A stretch of DNA of 59,507 bases, counting the filler. It is 8 parts of 8 records of this genome, joined end to end, with 100 filler letters (N's around TTAATTAATTAA, not from the genome) between each part and the next. Parts side by side here need not be neighbours in the genome. Positions count along the whole stretch, not along the records: positions 30,363 to 43,506 come from SRR31147125_254418; 7 more parts are not named here. One strand, written 5' to 3'. Below the pieces are notes generated by a model. It made no database searches. It saw nothing but the letters and a program-made list of their open reading frames with translations, and was not told the origin of the DNA. Shown in pieces: positions 31,636 through 42,532 of this stretch. Position numbers and translations under genes: made by a program. Numbering within the stretch: position 1 is the stretch's first letter; every line of letters begins with the position of its first letter.

Positions 31636-31977
31636 ATGAATTTCAGCTCCCCCACAAAGTTTGTCCTGCTGACGGCTCTCGCACTTCTTCTACCAGGCTG
31701 CGCAGCAGAACATTATATAAGATCAACCGATGACCATCTCGTTTTATACTATAAGAACGGGGATGCCAAGGAGGTCCTGTTTGCCAGCTCCCTCGATCGT
31801 TTTACTTATCATCAGGCACAGAAAACAGATCGTTCAACATGGATCATAAAGGTGCAGCAGTTCTCGGAGTTTTCATACTTTTACGTGGTTGACGGTGTAG
31901 TGACACTGCCCGATTGTGAAACAAAAATCGATGACGATTTTGGCGGCCAGAACTGTTTTTTTATCTCCGCCATGTAA
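31636..31977 (+). CDS. lipoprotein with CBM48-like domain
   Basis: Lipobox LLPGC; FSYFYVVDG...DDFGGQN. Confidence 0.75.
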   Translation: MNFSSPTKFVLLTALALLLPGCAAEHYIRSTDDHLVLYYKNGDAKEVLFASSLDRFTYHQAQKTDRSTWIIKVQQFSEFSYFYVVDGVVTLPDCETKIDDDFGGQNCFFISAM

Positions 31978-32002
31978 CCTTTGTCGGGAATCAAACGTTA
32001 CA
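31973..32002 (+). promoter_or_regulatory. second ECF-type promoter
   Basis: TGTAAC-N17-CGTTACA; shares TGTAACCTT...CGTT with the 30482 site. Confidence 0.6.
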
Positions 32003-32038
32003 TAGGAAAAGCCCCAAAAACAGGACAGGAGGCCCAAG

Positions 32039-33058
32039 ATGAAGAAAGGATATTACATTTTGTGTTGTATACTGCTTACCTGCGTGTCCCCCGCGCTGGC
32101 GGCAGACCCCGTTCAAGAACACCTTCCTCAGAAAAGCGAGGGACAGATTCGTGATATGCTGCATGCTCCGGTAGAGGGAGAATACGAGCAGCAACTGCAG
32201 AGGTTGATGCAACAAGAGCAATTCAGCAATACCACCAGGGCCCAGGTTCAACAAATTCTCGTAAATGCTGAATCTGACAATCTGCCGGTTGAGCCTTTCC
32301 TGGATAAAATTCATGAAGGCATAGCTAAAAATGTCGACCAAGCTGCATTGGTGGAAGCGCTCGATAGAGTGCAGCGCCGTTATCGTTATGCCTATGAAAA
32401 ATCCTCTGAACAGACGACCGATGCCAGACTGCGAAAGCACCTGGGTGATAGGATTGCTGCCGCCGATGCGGCTGGATTTAAAAAAGAGGATTGCGATGTG
32501 GTCATGGCAGCGCTTCGTACCAGGACGAGATTTATGGCCCGGGATCAAAGTCAGGAACTCGCTCTGGAGACTTTCGCCGCAGCCCGCCTCATGAGCCACA
32601 GCAGAGTCCGCTCTTCGACGGTTTCCGATGTACTGGTTTCGGCGCTGGACCAGTCCTACGAAACCGCGGATATGAGTACCATGCAATCTGCCTTCAGGGC
32701 GAGGGCAAGATACGGTGCTCCTGATGATGTTGCAAAGATGTTTTCGCAAAATATTCAAAACGGCATGGCTGCAGGTCAGCTCAAACTAGAGGCCAAGCTG
32801 GAAAGCGAGAACCAATCCAGGTCGGCCAGCGGTAATACAGGAAAATCGAGCGGAGGACAGAGAAATTCCGGCGGCAACTCAAACCAGTCCGGCGGTAACA
32901 GTTCCGGCGGATCGACCGATTCGGGAAACAACTCGGGTGGAGGAAGTAAGGGCGACTCCGACAACGGTAAAGGAGGATCCGGGTCTTCCGGCGGTTCGGA
33001 AACTGGTGGCTCCGGTGTCGACAAAGGAGGCGGAGGGGCATCCGGCGGCAAATCCTAG
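32039..33058 (+). CDS. secreted helical protein with Gly/Ser/Asn-rich tail
   Basis: Signal peptide ending ALA-A; AGGAGG RBS; low-complexity C-terminus. Confidence 0.8.
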   Translation: MKKGYYILCCILLTCVSPALAADPVQEHLPQKSEGQIRDMLHAPVEGEYEQQLQRLMQQEQFSNTTRAQVQQILVNAESDNLPVEPFLDKIHEGIAKNVDQAALVEALDRVQRRYRYAYEKSSEQTTDARLRKHLGDRIAAADAAGFKKEDCDVVMAALRTRTRFMARDQSQELALETFAAARLMSHSRVRSSTVSDVLVSALDQSYETADMSTMQSAFRARARYGAPDDVAKMFSQNIQNGMAAGQLKLEAKLESENQSRSASGNTGKSSGGQRNSGGNSNQSGGNSSGGSTDSGNNSGGGSKGDSDNGKGGSGSSGGSETGGSGVDKGGGGASGGKS

Positions 33059-33068
33059 AGACATAAAC

Positions 33069-33375
33069 TATATTAAATCTACATGCATTCTTGAATGCAT
33101 CGACCAACCGACCACCTGACGAGAGAACAAATTCAGGATGACAGCGAGATACAACCAATCTTCATGTGTGCGAATGTAAGTGATATCAATAACTCAAACC
33201 ATGCTTGGGCAACCAACCGTAAAGTCCTGATTCAACGGGTTATCTGCAATGCTGGAAACAGAACCTGCTTTTGAGCGAGGTTTGCGATATCCAATCTGGG
33301 CCTTGAGCCCTTCCTCCTGCATAAGACGATGAACCCGATTCTTCCCACAAAGTTCACCAACCTCCCGCAGGTTCT
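33069..33375 (-). pseudogene. IS3-family transposase OrfB remnant
   Basis: [58 protein letters not shown] at the conserved Trp; truncated at both ends. Confidence 0.88.
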
Positions 33376-33666
33376 TACATAATCAGCCAAATCAAGCGTC
33401 CAGACGAGCACTTATTCAATCAAGGCAGCCCAAACATACAGCCGCAGATCAGAGATCGGTTCAATTCCAAGCCATATTGTTGTATCTTTTAAACTATTTT
33501 GGTGCCACCCTGATGGCTAATTGTTGCACATTCGGAGCAGAGCAATTATTATAGAGCTCTCAAGAGCTTATATTCTCACGGACTCCTCATTCATACAGTC
33601 AACAGGCTGTAGCCTGGCGACAACCACTCAGGCCCCCTGTCAACAGTGTAGATTTGTAGATTATTT

Positions 33667-34359
33667 ATGAAAGATCCTGCTCACTCAGAAATTGATCGTG
33701 TCTGCAATGCAATTTATCAGGCCATTTTCGAACGCAGACTCGAACCGAATACCCGGCTTGTTGAATCGCAACTCGCACAATTGCTGTCGACAAGCCGAGC
33801 GAATGTGCGCCAGGCCCTCCTGCTCCTTGCCCAGAGAAAACTCGTTCAGGTTACGCCAAACAAAGGTGCGGTCGTTGCCGAACCTTCCCGGGATGAAGCC
33901 GTCGAGGTGTTTGCCGCACGCAGGTGCATAGAGATGGAAATAGTCCGACTGGTCCATGAGAAGTGTCAGCCTGAAAATCTCGAAATACTGCACGCCCACC
34001 TGAGAGAAGAGCAGAAAGCCCGGGAGGATAGCGATTACTTCACGTTGATACGCGCAACGGGAAAGTTTCACCTTCTTCTCGCCGAGATGACCGGCAACGC
34101 GACACTTCTCGATTTTCTTCAGCAGTTGATTGCCCGCAGCTCACTTATCCTTGAGAAATTTGAATCCAACGGCGGGAAAGCCTGTCAGGAAAACGAACAT
34201 CTCACGATGGTTGAGTTGCTGGAGCAGAGAAAAGAAGAAGAGCTGTTGCAATTGATGGACCACCATCTCCGCAGCCTGGAGAACGTGCTTAATTTCGAGA
34301 AGACAGTAAAGCCCACGGACCTCAGCGAAATCTTCGCACCTATCGTGGGGAGAGCCTGA
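33667..34359 (+). CDS. GntR/FadR (FCD) transcriptional regulator, copy 1
   Basis: wHTH LVESQLAQLLSTSRANVRQAL; FCD motif FHLLLAEMTGN. Confidence 0.92.
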   Translation: MKDPAHSEIDRVCNAIYQAIFERRLEPNTRLVESQLAQLLSTSRANVRQALLLLAQRKLVQVTPNKGAVVAEPSRDEAVEVFAARRCIEMEIVRLVHEKCQPENLEILHAHLREEQKAREDSDYFTLIRATGKFHLLLAEMTGNATLLDFLQQLIARSSLILEKFESNGGKACQENEHLTMVELLEQRKEEELLQLMDHHLRSLENVLNFEKTVKPTDLSEIFAPIVGRA

Positions 34360-34398
34360 TGTCAAGGATCTTCCCGCTGTGCGGCCCGATCCTTGACA
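34360..34398 (+). terminator. inverted repeat after GntR-1
   Basis: TGTCAAGGATC...GATCCTTGACA, perfect 11-bp arms. The right arm contains TTGACA, a possible asnS -35. Confidence 0.5.
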
Positions 34399-34453
34399 GA
34401 GGAAAAGTGGATAACGACATCGCCGAAAAAATTCAGACTTATATGGAAGAGTT

Positions 34454-35818
34454 ATGACTAAACGGATCACAGATATCATGGCCGATGGAGAAGTCGGCAC
34501 TAAGACAGCCATCGATGGGTGGGTCAGGACCAAGAGGGACACAGGAAACTTCTCTTTTATTGAAATCAGCGACGGTTCCTCCCTGACCAATATCCAAGTA
34601 ATCGCCGGGAGTGAGCTGCCGAACTACACCGATGAGATAAAAAAGTTGACGACGGGCTGCTCGGTGAGCGTAACGGGAGAGTTGAAAGAATCCCCGGCCA
34701 AAGGTCAGAAGGTGGAGGTTCACGCGGAAACCGTCGAGGTCATCGGTTGGGCCGACCCGGAGAACTATCCGCTGCAGAAAAAACGGCACTCATTCGAATA
34801 TCTTCGAGAGATCAGTCATCTCAGGCCGAGGACAAATGCGCTTGGGGCGGTCTCCCGTGTGAGATCCCGCCTGTCGTTCGGCGTCCACAGCTTCTTCCAG
34901 GAACACGGTTTTCTCAACGTTCATACCCCGATCATCACCACCAGTGATTGTGAGGGAGCAGGAGAAATGTTCTCCGTATCAGCAGGACACGGCGCTCCCC
35001 AGGAATCAGACACCGATTTCTTTGGCCGACCGGCAGGATTGACGGTAAGCGGGCAGCTGCAGGCAGAGGTCTATGCGTTGTCGTTCAAGAACGTCTATAC
35101 ATTCGGTCCGACCTTCCGAGCAGAAAATTCCAATACCACCCGTCACCTCGCGGAGTTCTGGATGATCGAACCGGAGATCGCATTCTGCGACCTGGATGGG
35201 AATATGCAGGTTGCCGAGGATCTGCTTAAATATCTGCTCGGCGATGTTCTCGAACATTGCAGTGAGGACATGCAGCTCTTCGACAAGTTTATCTCCAACG
35301 GAGTCATAGAAAAGCTCGAGTCCGTCGTCAACAGCTCCTTTGGCCGCATCACCTACACCGAAGCGATCAACACGCTTACCGAGTCCAAGCAGGATTTCGA
35401 GTTTCCGGTCAAATGGGGAATCGACCTGCAGACGGAACATGAGCGGTATCTCACGGAACAGGTATTCAATAAGCCGTTGATCGTAACCGACTACCCAGCC
35501 GAGATAAAACCTTTTTACATGCGACTCAATGAAGGCGGAAAAACGGTTGCCGCGATGGATGTCCTTGTCCCAGGCATCGGGGAGATCGTCGGGGGAAGTC
35601 AGAGGGAGGAGCGTTACGATCTTCTTAAGCAGCGTATGCTTGAAGCAGATATCGACATTGACGAGTATCAGTGGTATCTGGATTTGAGGAAATACGGCTC
35701 CGTACCGCATTCCGGATTCGGGCTCGGTTTCGAACGACTGGTACAATACGTTACCGGCATGGCGAACATCCGGGAGGTTATCCCCTTTCCGAGAACTCCC
35801 GGCTCCGCGCCGTGCTGA
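34454..35818 (+). CDS. asnS: asparagine--tRNA ligase
   Basis: [44 protein letters not shown]. Confidence 0.97.
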   Translation: MTKRITDIMADGEVGTKTAIDGWVRTKRDTGNFSFIEISDGSSLTNIQVIAGSELPNYTDEIKKLTTGCSVSVTGELKESPAKGQKVEVHAETVEVIGWADPENYPLQKKRHSFEYLREISHLRPRTNALGAVSRVRSRLSFGVHSFFQEHGFLNVHTPIITTSDCEGAGEMFSVSAGHGAPQESDTDFFGRPAGLTVSGQLQAEVYALSFKNVYTFGPTFRAENSNTTRHLAEFWMIEPEIAFCDLDGNMQVAEDLLKYLLGDVLEHCSEDMQLFDKFISNGVIEKLESVVNSSFGRITYTEAINTLTESKQDFEFPVKWGIDLQTEHERYLTEQVFNKPLIVTDYPAEIKPFYMRLNEGGKTVAAMDVLVPGIGEIVGGSQREERYDLLKQRMLEADIDIDEYQWYLDLRKYGSVPHSGFGLGFERLVQYVTGMANIREVIPFPRTPGSAPC

Positions 35819-35861
35819 TATATGAGCGGTCGCCTGCGAAATGATCGCCGTCCGCTCCTGA

Positions 35862-36836
<975 letters not shown>

Positions 36837-36857
36837 CGCTGCCGCAGGAGATACACA

Positions 36858-37796
36858 GTGTCTGACTTTGAACTGAAACATGTAGTCGAATCGCAGCAGT
36901 TTGACCGCGATATGCTTGAAATCGTCTTTAAAACTGCCGACATGATGAAAGAAGATCTCCAGGGCCCGAGAAAGCTGGACAAATTTCTCGACGGCAAGAT
37001 CATGGCATCTCTCTTCTACGAGCCTTCAACACGAACACGCTTCTCCTTTGAAAGCGCAATGAGAAGACTGGGCGGATCGGTTATCACAACTGAAAATGCA
37101 CGGGAATTTTCCAGTGCTTCGAAGGGGGAAAGCCTGGCGGATTCCACGTTAATCATGAATGGCTATGCTGACGTCATCGTGATGCGTCACAACGAGGCAG
37201 GCAGCGCCGCCAATGCCGCCGCCATATCACGTATTCCGGTAATCAATGCCGGCGACGGTGCCGGGCAGCACCCGACCCAGGCCTTGCTGGACATCTACAC
37301 CATTGCCGATTCGTTTCCTGAAATACGCGGTCTTAAAATCGCTCTTGTCGGAGATCTCCGGTATGGGAGAACCGTTCGTTCACTGTCCTACCTGCTCAGT
37401 AAATACGAAGATGTAGAAATTGTCTTTGTATCCCCTGCCGTCTGCAGGATGGAGCGCGACATCAAAGAGTACCTCGACAAGAACAACATCAACTGGCACG
37501 AGGAGACCGATCTTTCCACCGTGATCAGGGATGTGGACTGTGCATATATGACCCGTATCCAGAAGGAACGGTTTCACTCCGTTGACGATTACAAGGAAGC
37601 GGCCGGGAAGTACATTCTCTCCCGGGAAATGGCCCGGAAAATGAAACCCGAAGCTATCATCATGCACCCACTTCCGCGCGTGGATGAAATTTCCGCCGAG
37701 GTCGACAGCGAACCGCAGGCACGCTACTTCGAACAGGCGCAGAATGGCCTCTACATAAGAATGGCGCTGCTCTACCTGCTCCTGAAGGAAGATTGA
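36858..37796 (+). CDS. pyrB: aspartate carbamoyltransferase catalytic chain
   Basis: FYEPSTRTR, HPTQALLD, RIQKER, HPLPR. Confidence 0.96.
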   Translation: MSDFELKHVVESQQFDRDMLEIVFKTADMMKEDLQGPRKLDKFLDGKIMASLFYEPSTRTRFSFESAMRRLGGSVITTENAREFSSASKGESLADSTLIMNGYADVIVMRHNEAGSAANAAAISRIPVINAGDGAGQHPTQALLDIYTIADSFPEIRGLKIALVGDLRYGRTVRSLSYLLSKYEDVEIVFVSPAVCRMERDIKEYLDKNNINWHEETDLSTVIRDVDCAYMTRIQKERFHSVDDYKEAAGKYILSREMARKMKPEAIIMHPLPRVDEISAEVDSEPQARYFEQAQNGLYIRMALLYLLLKED

Positions 37797-37847
37797 AACT
37801 TCCTCAACGATCGTAGCGTTCGTAATCGAAAGCATTGAAAGGATACA

Positions 37848-38336
37848 ATGAAGATTAATTTTCTCAGCGTTGGCGGCACGATAGACAAGGTTTATTTTGA
37901 TGCTCTGAGTACCTACCAGGTTGGAGAGCCCAGCATTGAATCGATTTTAAACGAAGCACGGGTGAATTTCGAATACCAGGTGACTTCGGTGGTTAAAAAA
38001 GATTCTCTGGAGATGACCGATGAGGATAGGGAGGCGGTACGCGCCGCCGCCGAGAAGGTCGAAGGCCGCTATATCGTTATCACGCATGGTACCGACACGA
38101 TTGTGGATACGGCAAAGACCCTGCAGTCAATCACCGGGAAGGTGATAGTACTGACGGGCGCCATGGAGCCCGCAATTTTCAAATCCAGCGATGCCGGATT
38201 CAATCTCGGAAGTGCCGTTACGGCAGTCCAGACACTGGATGATGGCGTATATATTGCGATCAGCGGTCGTGTGTTCGATCCGGAACACGCCAAGAAAGAT
38301 CGAGCACTGAAACAGTTCGTTCCCAAAAATCAGTAA
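37848..38336 (+). CDS. short-chain asparaginase-domain protein
   Basis: GGTIDK and ITHGTDT motifs; N-terminal asparaginase domain only. Confidence 0.88.
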   Translation: MKINFLSVGGTIDKVYFDALSTYQVGEPSIESILNEARVNFEYQVTSVVKKDSLEMTDEDREAVRAAAEKVEGRYIVITHGTDTIVDTAKTLQSITGKVIVLTGAMEPAIFKSSDAGFNLGSAVTAVQTLDDGVYIAISGRVFDPEHAKKDRALKQFVPKNQ

Positions 38337-38584
38337 GGATCGTCCGTCCGAACCGGAACCTTCCATCCATAGCTGCGGCAGTGTCCCTTCCCGCTCCTCT
38401 TCACTGTTTTTCCTGGGATCACTGAATATTACTGTTGTCGGAGACAATCTGGCATTATATAATAATCCATCGCACCGGCACTTGGTGAGACAATAACAAA
38501 AACCATTGTCAACCATCGCCGTATGCTTTGTTTTATTTCATACCCAACTGAACCAGGTCTTCATTCCACAAACGGAGATCAACC

Positions 38585-39274
38585 ATGTCAATAACTGCAC
38601 ATAAAGAGATAGACAGGGTCTGCAACGCGATTTTCCAGGCAATTTTTGAGAGGCGGCTGGAACCCAACACCCGCCTTGTTGAAACACAACTTGCCAAAGC
38701 ATTGTCATCTAATCGCTCCAGCGTAAGACAGGCTTTGTTGCTGCTGGAGCAGAGGAAATTGGTCGAACTCGTGCCCAACAAAGGAGCCGTGATAGCAGAA
38801 CCATCGGAAAAAGACGCGGCCGAGGTGTTCGCGGCCCGTCATTGCATCGAGAAGCAGATCCTTGAGCTGGTAATCAAACAGCGTACAGCAAAGGACTTGG
38901 AACACCTGCGGTCCCACCTGGAAAGAGAAGGACGGGCTCGGGAAAATCAGCAACGGCACGACCTTATCTTCCTGACCGGCAGGTTTCACCTCCTCCTGGC
39001 TGAAATTTCGGGTAACCAGGTTTTTCTCGACTTCCTCAACCATTTGATCGCACGCAGTTCCCTGATCCTCGAGAAATATGAGTCACAGGGGTATAGCAAT
39101 TGTAAAGAAGGAGATCACAAAGAACTTGTCCGATTGATCGCAGAAGGAGACAAAGTTCAAGCGCAGACACTGCTTACCCAGCACCTGGAAGCAGTCCAGC
39201 AGTGTCTCAACTTTACCGAAATTTCACAGCCGAATAACCTGCAGGAGGTCTTCGCCTCCATGGATTTATCCTGA
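38585..39274 (+). CDS. GntR/FadR (FCD) transcriptional regulator, copy 2
   Basis: Close paralog of 33667-34359. Confidence 0.92.
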   Translation: MSITAHKEIDRVCNAIFQAIFERRLEPNTRLVETQLAKALSSNRSSVRQALLLLEQRKLVELVPNKGAVIAEPSEKDAAEVFAARHCIEKQILELVIKQRTAKDLEHLRSHLEREGRARENQQRHDLIFLTGRFHLLLAEISGNQVFLDFLNHLIARSSLILEKYESQGYSNCKEGDHKELVRLIAEGDKVQAQTLLTQHLEAVQQCLNFTEISQPNNLQEVFASMDLS

Positions 39275-39329
39275 CAGCCCATCAGGGCTTCCCCGCAGCC
39301 AGCATATGCATCGCACGGCCTGACGGCCT

Positions 39330-40022
39330 TTATACGGGAGAGCCATAGCCTCCGATTTTGGAGGTTTTAACCCCGGCACTGACCATCCCCTCCGCCAGTG
39401 CAACGGCACAGGTAACCCCGTCAAGTACGGGAATATTGAACTCACGCGTCAACTGATCCATCAGGTCGGTCATTCCGGCACAGCCAAGCACAACCGCTTC
39501 GGCCATATCGGTAGAGATCGTGTTTTTAATTGCGGTTTTGATCTTGTGAAGTGTTTCGGGATCATTTTCCTCAAGCTTAAGAACGGGGATTTCAGTGGCA
39601 AGCACCTTGACACAACGCCGATCAAGACCATATCTCAGCAGATTCGCCTCAAGGCCGGGCACAGATCGCCCTAACGTGGTGATGACGGAAAACTTGTTCG
39701 CAAGAATAGACGCAAAGTGATACGCTGCCTCCCCGATCCCTATGACAGGCACATCGACAGCACACCTCGCTGCGTCCAGGCCGGTATCATCAAAACAGGC
39801 TATGATGACGGCGTCCGCTCCCGGATGTTCCTCTATTGTCGTGAGGAGGTGCGGGACGCACACCGCAGCATCATGAAACCCCTGAATACTCGCCGGTCCG
39901 GATGTCGGATTAACTGCAACGATATCAGTGTCGGGACGGCACATGCTGCGGGCCACCGTCTCTACCTTGCGGGTCATCGATTCTGTCGTATTCGGATTTA
40001 CAATAAGAAGACGCATAGCCAC
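39330..40022 (-). CDS. hydantoin/allantoin racemase family protein
   Basis: VNPNTTESMT, IACFDDTG, VLGCAGM catalytic Cys pair. Confidence 0.92.
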   Translation of the reverse strand: MAMRLLIVNPNTTESMTRKVETVARSMCRPDTDIVAVNPTSGPASIQGFHDAAVCVPHLLTTIEEHPGADAVIIACFDDTGLDAARCAVDVPVIGIGEAAYHFASILANKFSVITTLGRSVPGLEANLLRYGLDRRCVKVLATEIPVLKLEENDPETLHKIKTAIKNTISTDMAEAVVLGCAGMTDLMDQLTREFNIPVLDGVTCAVALAEGMVSAGVKTSKIGGYGSPV

Positions 40023-40028
40023 CCCTCT

Positions 40029-40751
40029 CTACATTTCGCCGCCAAGGTATGCAGCTTTTATCCGCTCATCATTAATGAGCTCTTTCGAGTTGCCACTGAT
40101 TACTACGTTACCGGTGGTCATCGCGTATGTGCGATTCGAGATACTCAGAGCCAGCCGTGAATTCTGCTCAACCAGTACTACGGACACCCCTTCATCCCTG
40201 TTGATGGCAATGATCGAACGTGCAATGTCCTGTACAAGTTTCGGCGCGATCCCAAGTGAAGGTTCGTCCAGGAGCAGCAGTTTGGGTTTGGCCATCAGCG
40301 CGCGTCCGATAACGAGCATCTGCTGTTCTCCTCCGCTCAAGGTCCCGGCAGCCTGAGAGTAGCGCTCCTTCAGCCTCGGAAAGCGTTCGAGTACTGACTC
40401 CAGAGATTGGGAAATCGCCCCCTTGTCAGTTCTCGTGAACGCCCCCATCAGCAGATTGTCCTTCACGGACATGAAGGGAAAGACTCGCCGCCCTTCGGGG
40501 ACCATGGCGATCCCCTTTTTTACAATCGCAGACGCAGAATACCCATCAAGTCTCTCCCCCTGATAGTATATGGAACCACTCGAAATCTTCTGAACACCGG
40601 TAATCGCTCGCAGAATAGATGATTTCCCGGCACCGTTTGAACCGATCAGGGCAACGGTCTCACCTTCAAAAAGCTCAATCGAGACGCCTTTCAGGGCATA
40701 CACATTGTCGTAATACAGCTCAACGTCTTGAAACTTCAGCATCGTATTCAT
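40029..40751 (-). CDS. livF: HAAT-family ABC ATPase (LivF-like)
   Basis: GSNGAGKS, VPEGRRVF, LSGGEQQM, DEPSLG. Confidence 0.9.
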   Translation of the reverse strand: MNTMLKFQDVELYYDNVYALKGVSIELFEGETVALIGSNGAGKSSILRAITGVQKISSGSIYYQGERLDGYSASAIVKKGIAMVPEGRRVFPFMSVKDNLLMGAFTRTDKGAISQSLESVLERFPRLKERYSQAAGTLSGGEQQMLVIGRALMAKPKLLLLDEPSLGIAPKLVQDIARSIIAINRDEGVSVVLVEQNSRLALSISNRTYAMTTGNVVISGNSKELINDERIKAAYLGGEM

Positions 40752-40754
40752 GTG

Positions 40755-41534
40755 TTAGATCCCAATTGTCATGTCTTCACTGCCAAGATAGGCTTCAATG
40801 ACTTTTTCATTGTTCTGGATCTCATCGGGAGTCCCTTCCGCAATTTTCTCCCCGAAATTCAGGACGACAATACGATCAGAGATGGCCATCACCGCCGGCA
40901 TGTCATGCTCGACCAGCAGCACGGTTACCCCACTGTCCCGCACCTTTCGAACCAGTTCTACAGTCCGCATTGTCTCGTCGTGGTTCATACCGGCAAACGG
41001 TTCGTCAAGCAACAGTATCTCCGGATCAGTAGCCAGCCCTATCGCGATACCCAATGCCCGCAGGTGTCCCTGGGGCAGATTGTTCGCGAGTTCATCACGA
41101 ATATCACTGAGTTCCAGAAACTCGATAATCTCATCAGCAGTCTTGCCGAACTCGGCAATATCGTGTCTCGCGGATCTGGAGTTTAAAAAATAGCCTGCCA
41201 GTGTCGCCTTCGAGCGCAGGTGCTGCGCTACGATGATGCTCTCCCGAGTAGTCATGCTTTTGAATATCGTTACTTCCTGAAACGTGCGCACAACACCTTT
41301 GCGCGCTACAACATGGGGAGACAGGTTGGATATTTTTTCCCCTTTGAAATAGACCTCCCCCGATGAGGTGGGCAGGAAGGACGTTATCATCTTGAACAGT
41401 GTTGACTTTCCGGCCCCGTTTGGCCCAATGACAGAAAGAATCTCTTTTTCCTTCACATCGAAGGAAACGTCATTGTTTGCCGTCAGTCCGCCGAACATCT
41501 TCGTGACGTTTCTTACTTCCAGCAGAGTACTCAT
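40755..41534 (-). CDS. livG: HAAT-family ABC ATPase (LivG-like)
   Basis: FGGLTA, GPNGAGKS, VEHDM, VIEAYLG; true start at 41534 overlapping the upstream stop. Confidence 0.9.
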   Translation of the reverse strand: MSTLLEVRNVTKMFGGLTANNDVSFDVKEKEILSVIGPNGAGKSTLFKMITSFLPTSSGEVYFKGEKISNLSPHVVARKGVVRTFQEVTIFKSMTTRESIIVAQHLRSKATLAGYFLNSRSARHDIAEFGKTADEIIEFLELSDIRDELANNLPQGHLRALGIAIGLATDPEILLLDEPFAGMNHDETMRTVELVRKVRDSGVTVLLVEHDMPAVMAISDRIVVLNFGEKIAEGTPDEIQNNEKVIEAYLGSEDMTIGI

Positions 41535-42532
41535 TTTTCCCCTCTCTTCTGTTTTGGAAAACGAACACTGAGCAACCCGTTCGGCATTACCACCATCAGG
41601 AAGATCAACAGGCTGGAGTAGACAAGCATCTGGTATTTCCCGAGTTCGAAGAGCAGGTCCCAGCCGAAGTAGAGCGTCAATGTCCCAAGAATAGGCCCGA
41701 ACACATACCCTAACCCGCCAAGAAAGCAATTGAGCATGAAGTTGACCGAATCCTGTACCTGGAAGCTGGAAGGATAAACCGATTGGGAAATTGCGACAAA
41801 CATCGCACCGCCGATACCTCCGAGAAATGAGGATATCGAATACACCAGTACCCTCAGATACGCGATATTGACACCGATCGAAGACGCCAGTTCCTCGTTC
41901 TGCTGGAGAGATCTGCACAGGTGCCCGAGGCGTGAGTTTACCAATCGATACATGCATGCAAAACAGACGACCATCAACATGCAGGCAGTGTAGTAGAAGG
42001 ATAACTTCACATTTTCAAGCGTACCGAAATCCGGAACGACAACGATGCCGAAAACTGATATTTCACCCGGCAGCGGTATCGAAACTATCCCCTTCGCACC
42101 GTTGGTAATAGGGACCGCCAGAGCGGTCAACTGCGCGACCTGTGTGAGGACCAGTGTTATCATCGCGAAATAAACACCTCGCAACCGCAATATCGGAAGA
42201 CCTATCAAAACAGCGAGCCCGGCACAGAAAATACCGGCGATAGGCAAAGTGAACCAGAAATTAAAGCCGTATCGCGTAACGAGAATAGCGGAAACGTAGC
42301 CCCCGAAAAGGGCATACGCTCCCTGGCCGATATTGATTCGACCGATATAAAAGGTGAGCCAGACGCCTGCACTGGCGATTGACAGCAGTGCAACCGAGGT
42401 CAGGGTGTAATAGAAGTCCCACCTTCCTGACAGATTGATTAAAAATGGAACTGCAACAAATACGACAAAAAGGAAGACAGCCACTCCAAGAAGTTGACTC
42501 TTTTTCATGTTCCTCATGACTGCTACCCCCAA
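41531..42532 (-). CDS. livM: HAAT-family ABC permease (LivM-like)
   Basis: LRLRGVYFAMITL, GGLGYVFGPILG, PNGL. Confidence 0.9.
   Translation of the reverse strand: MGVAVMRNMKKSQLLGVAVFLFVVFVAVPFLINLSGRWDFYYTLTSVALLSIASAGVWLTFYIGRINIGQGAYALFGGYVSAILVTRYGFNFWFTLPIAGIFCAGLAVLIGLPILRLRGVYFAMITLVLTQVAQLTALAVPITNGAKGIVSIPLPGEISVFGIVVVPDFGTLENVKLSFYYTACMLMVVCFACMYRLVNSRLGHLCRSLQQNEELASSIGVNIAYLRVLVYSISSFLGGIGGAMFVAISQSVYPSSFQVQDSVNFMLNCFLGGLGYVFGPILGTLTLYFGWDLLFELGKYQMLVYSSLLIFLMVVMPNGLLSVRFPKQKRGEK

Noticed and set aside
32820-33058. Gly/Ser-rich tail as a collagen-like or ice-nucleation repeat
   Set aside because: No strict periodicity; generic low-complexity sequence.
33190-33200. TGA at a conserved Trp as stop-codon reassignment
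   Set aside because: It lies in a truncated, degenerate IS3 fragment, and neighbouring genes use TGA as a normal stop.
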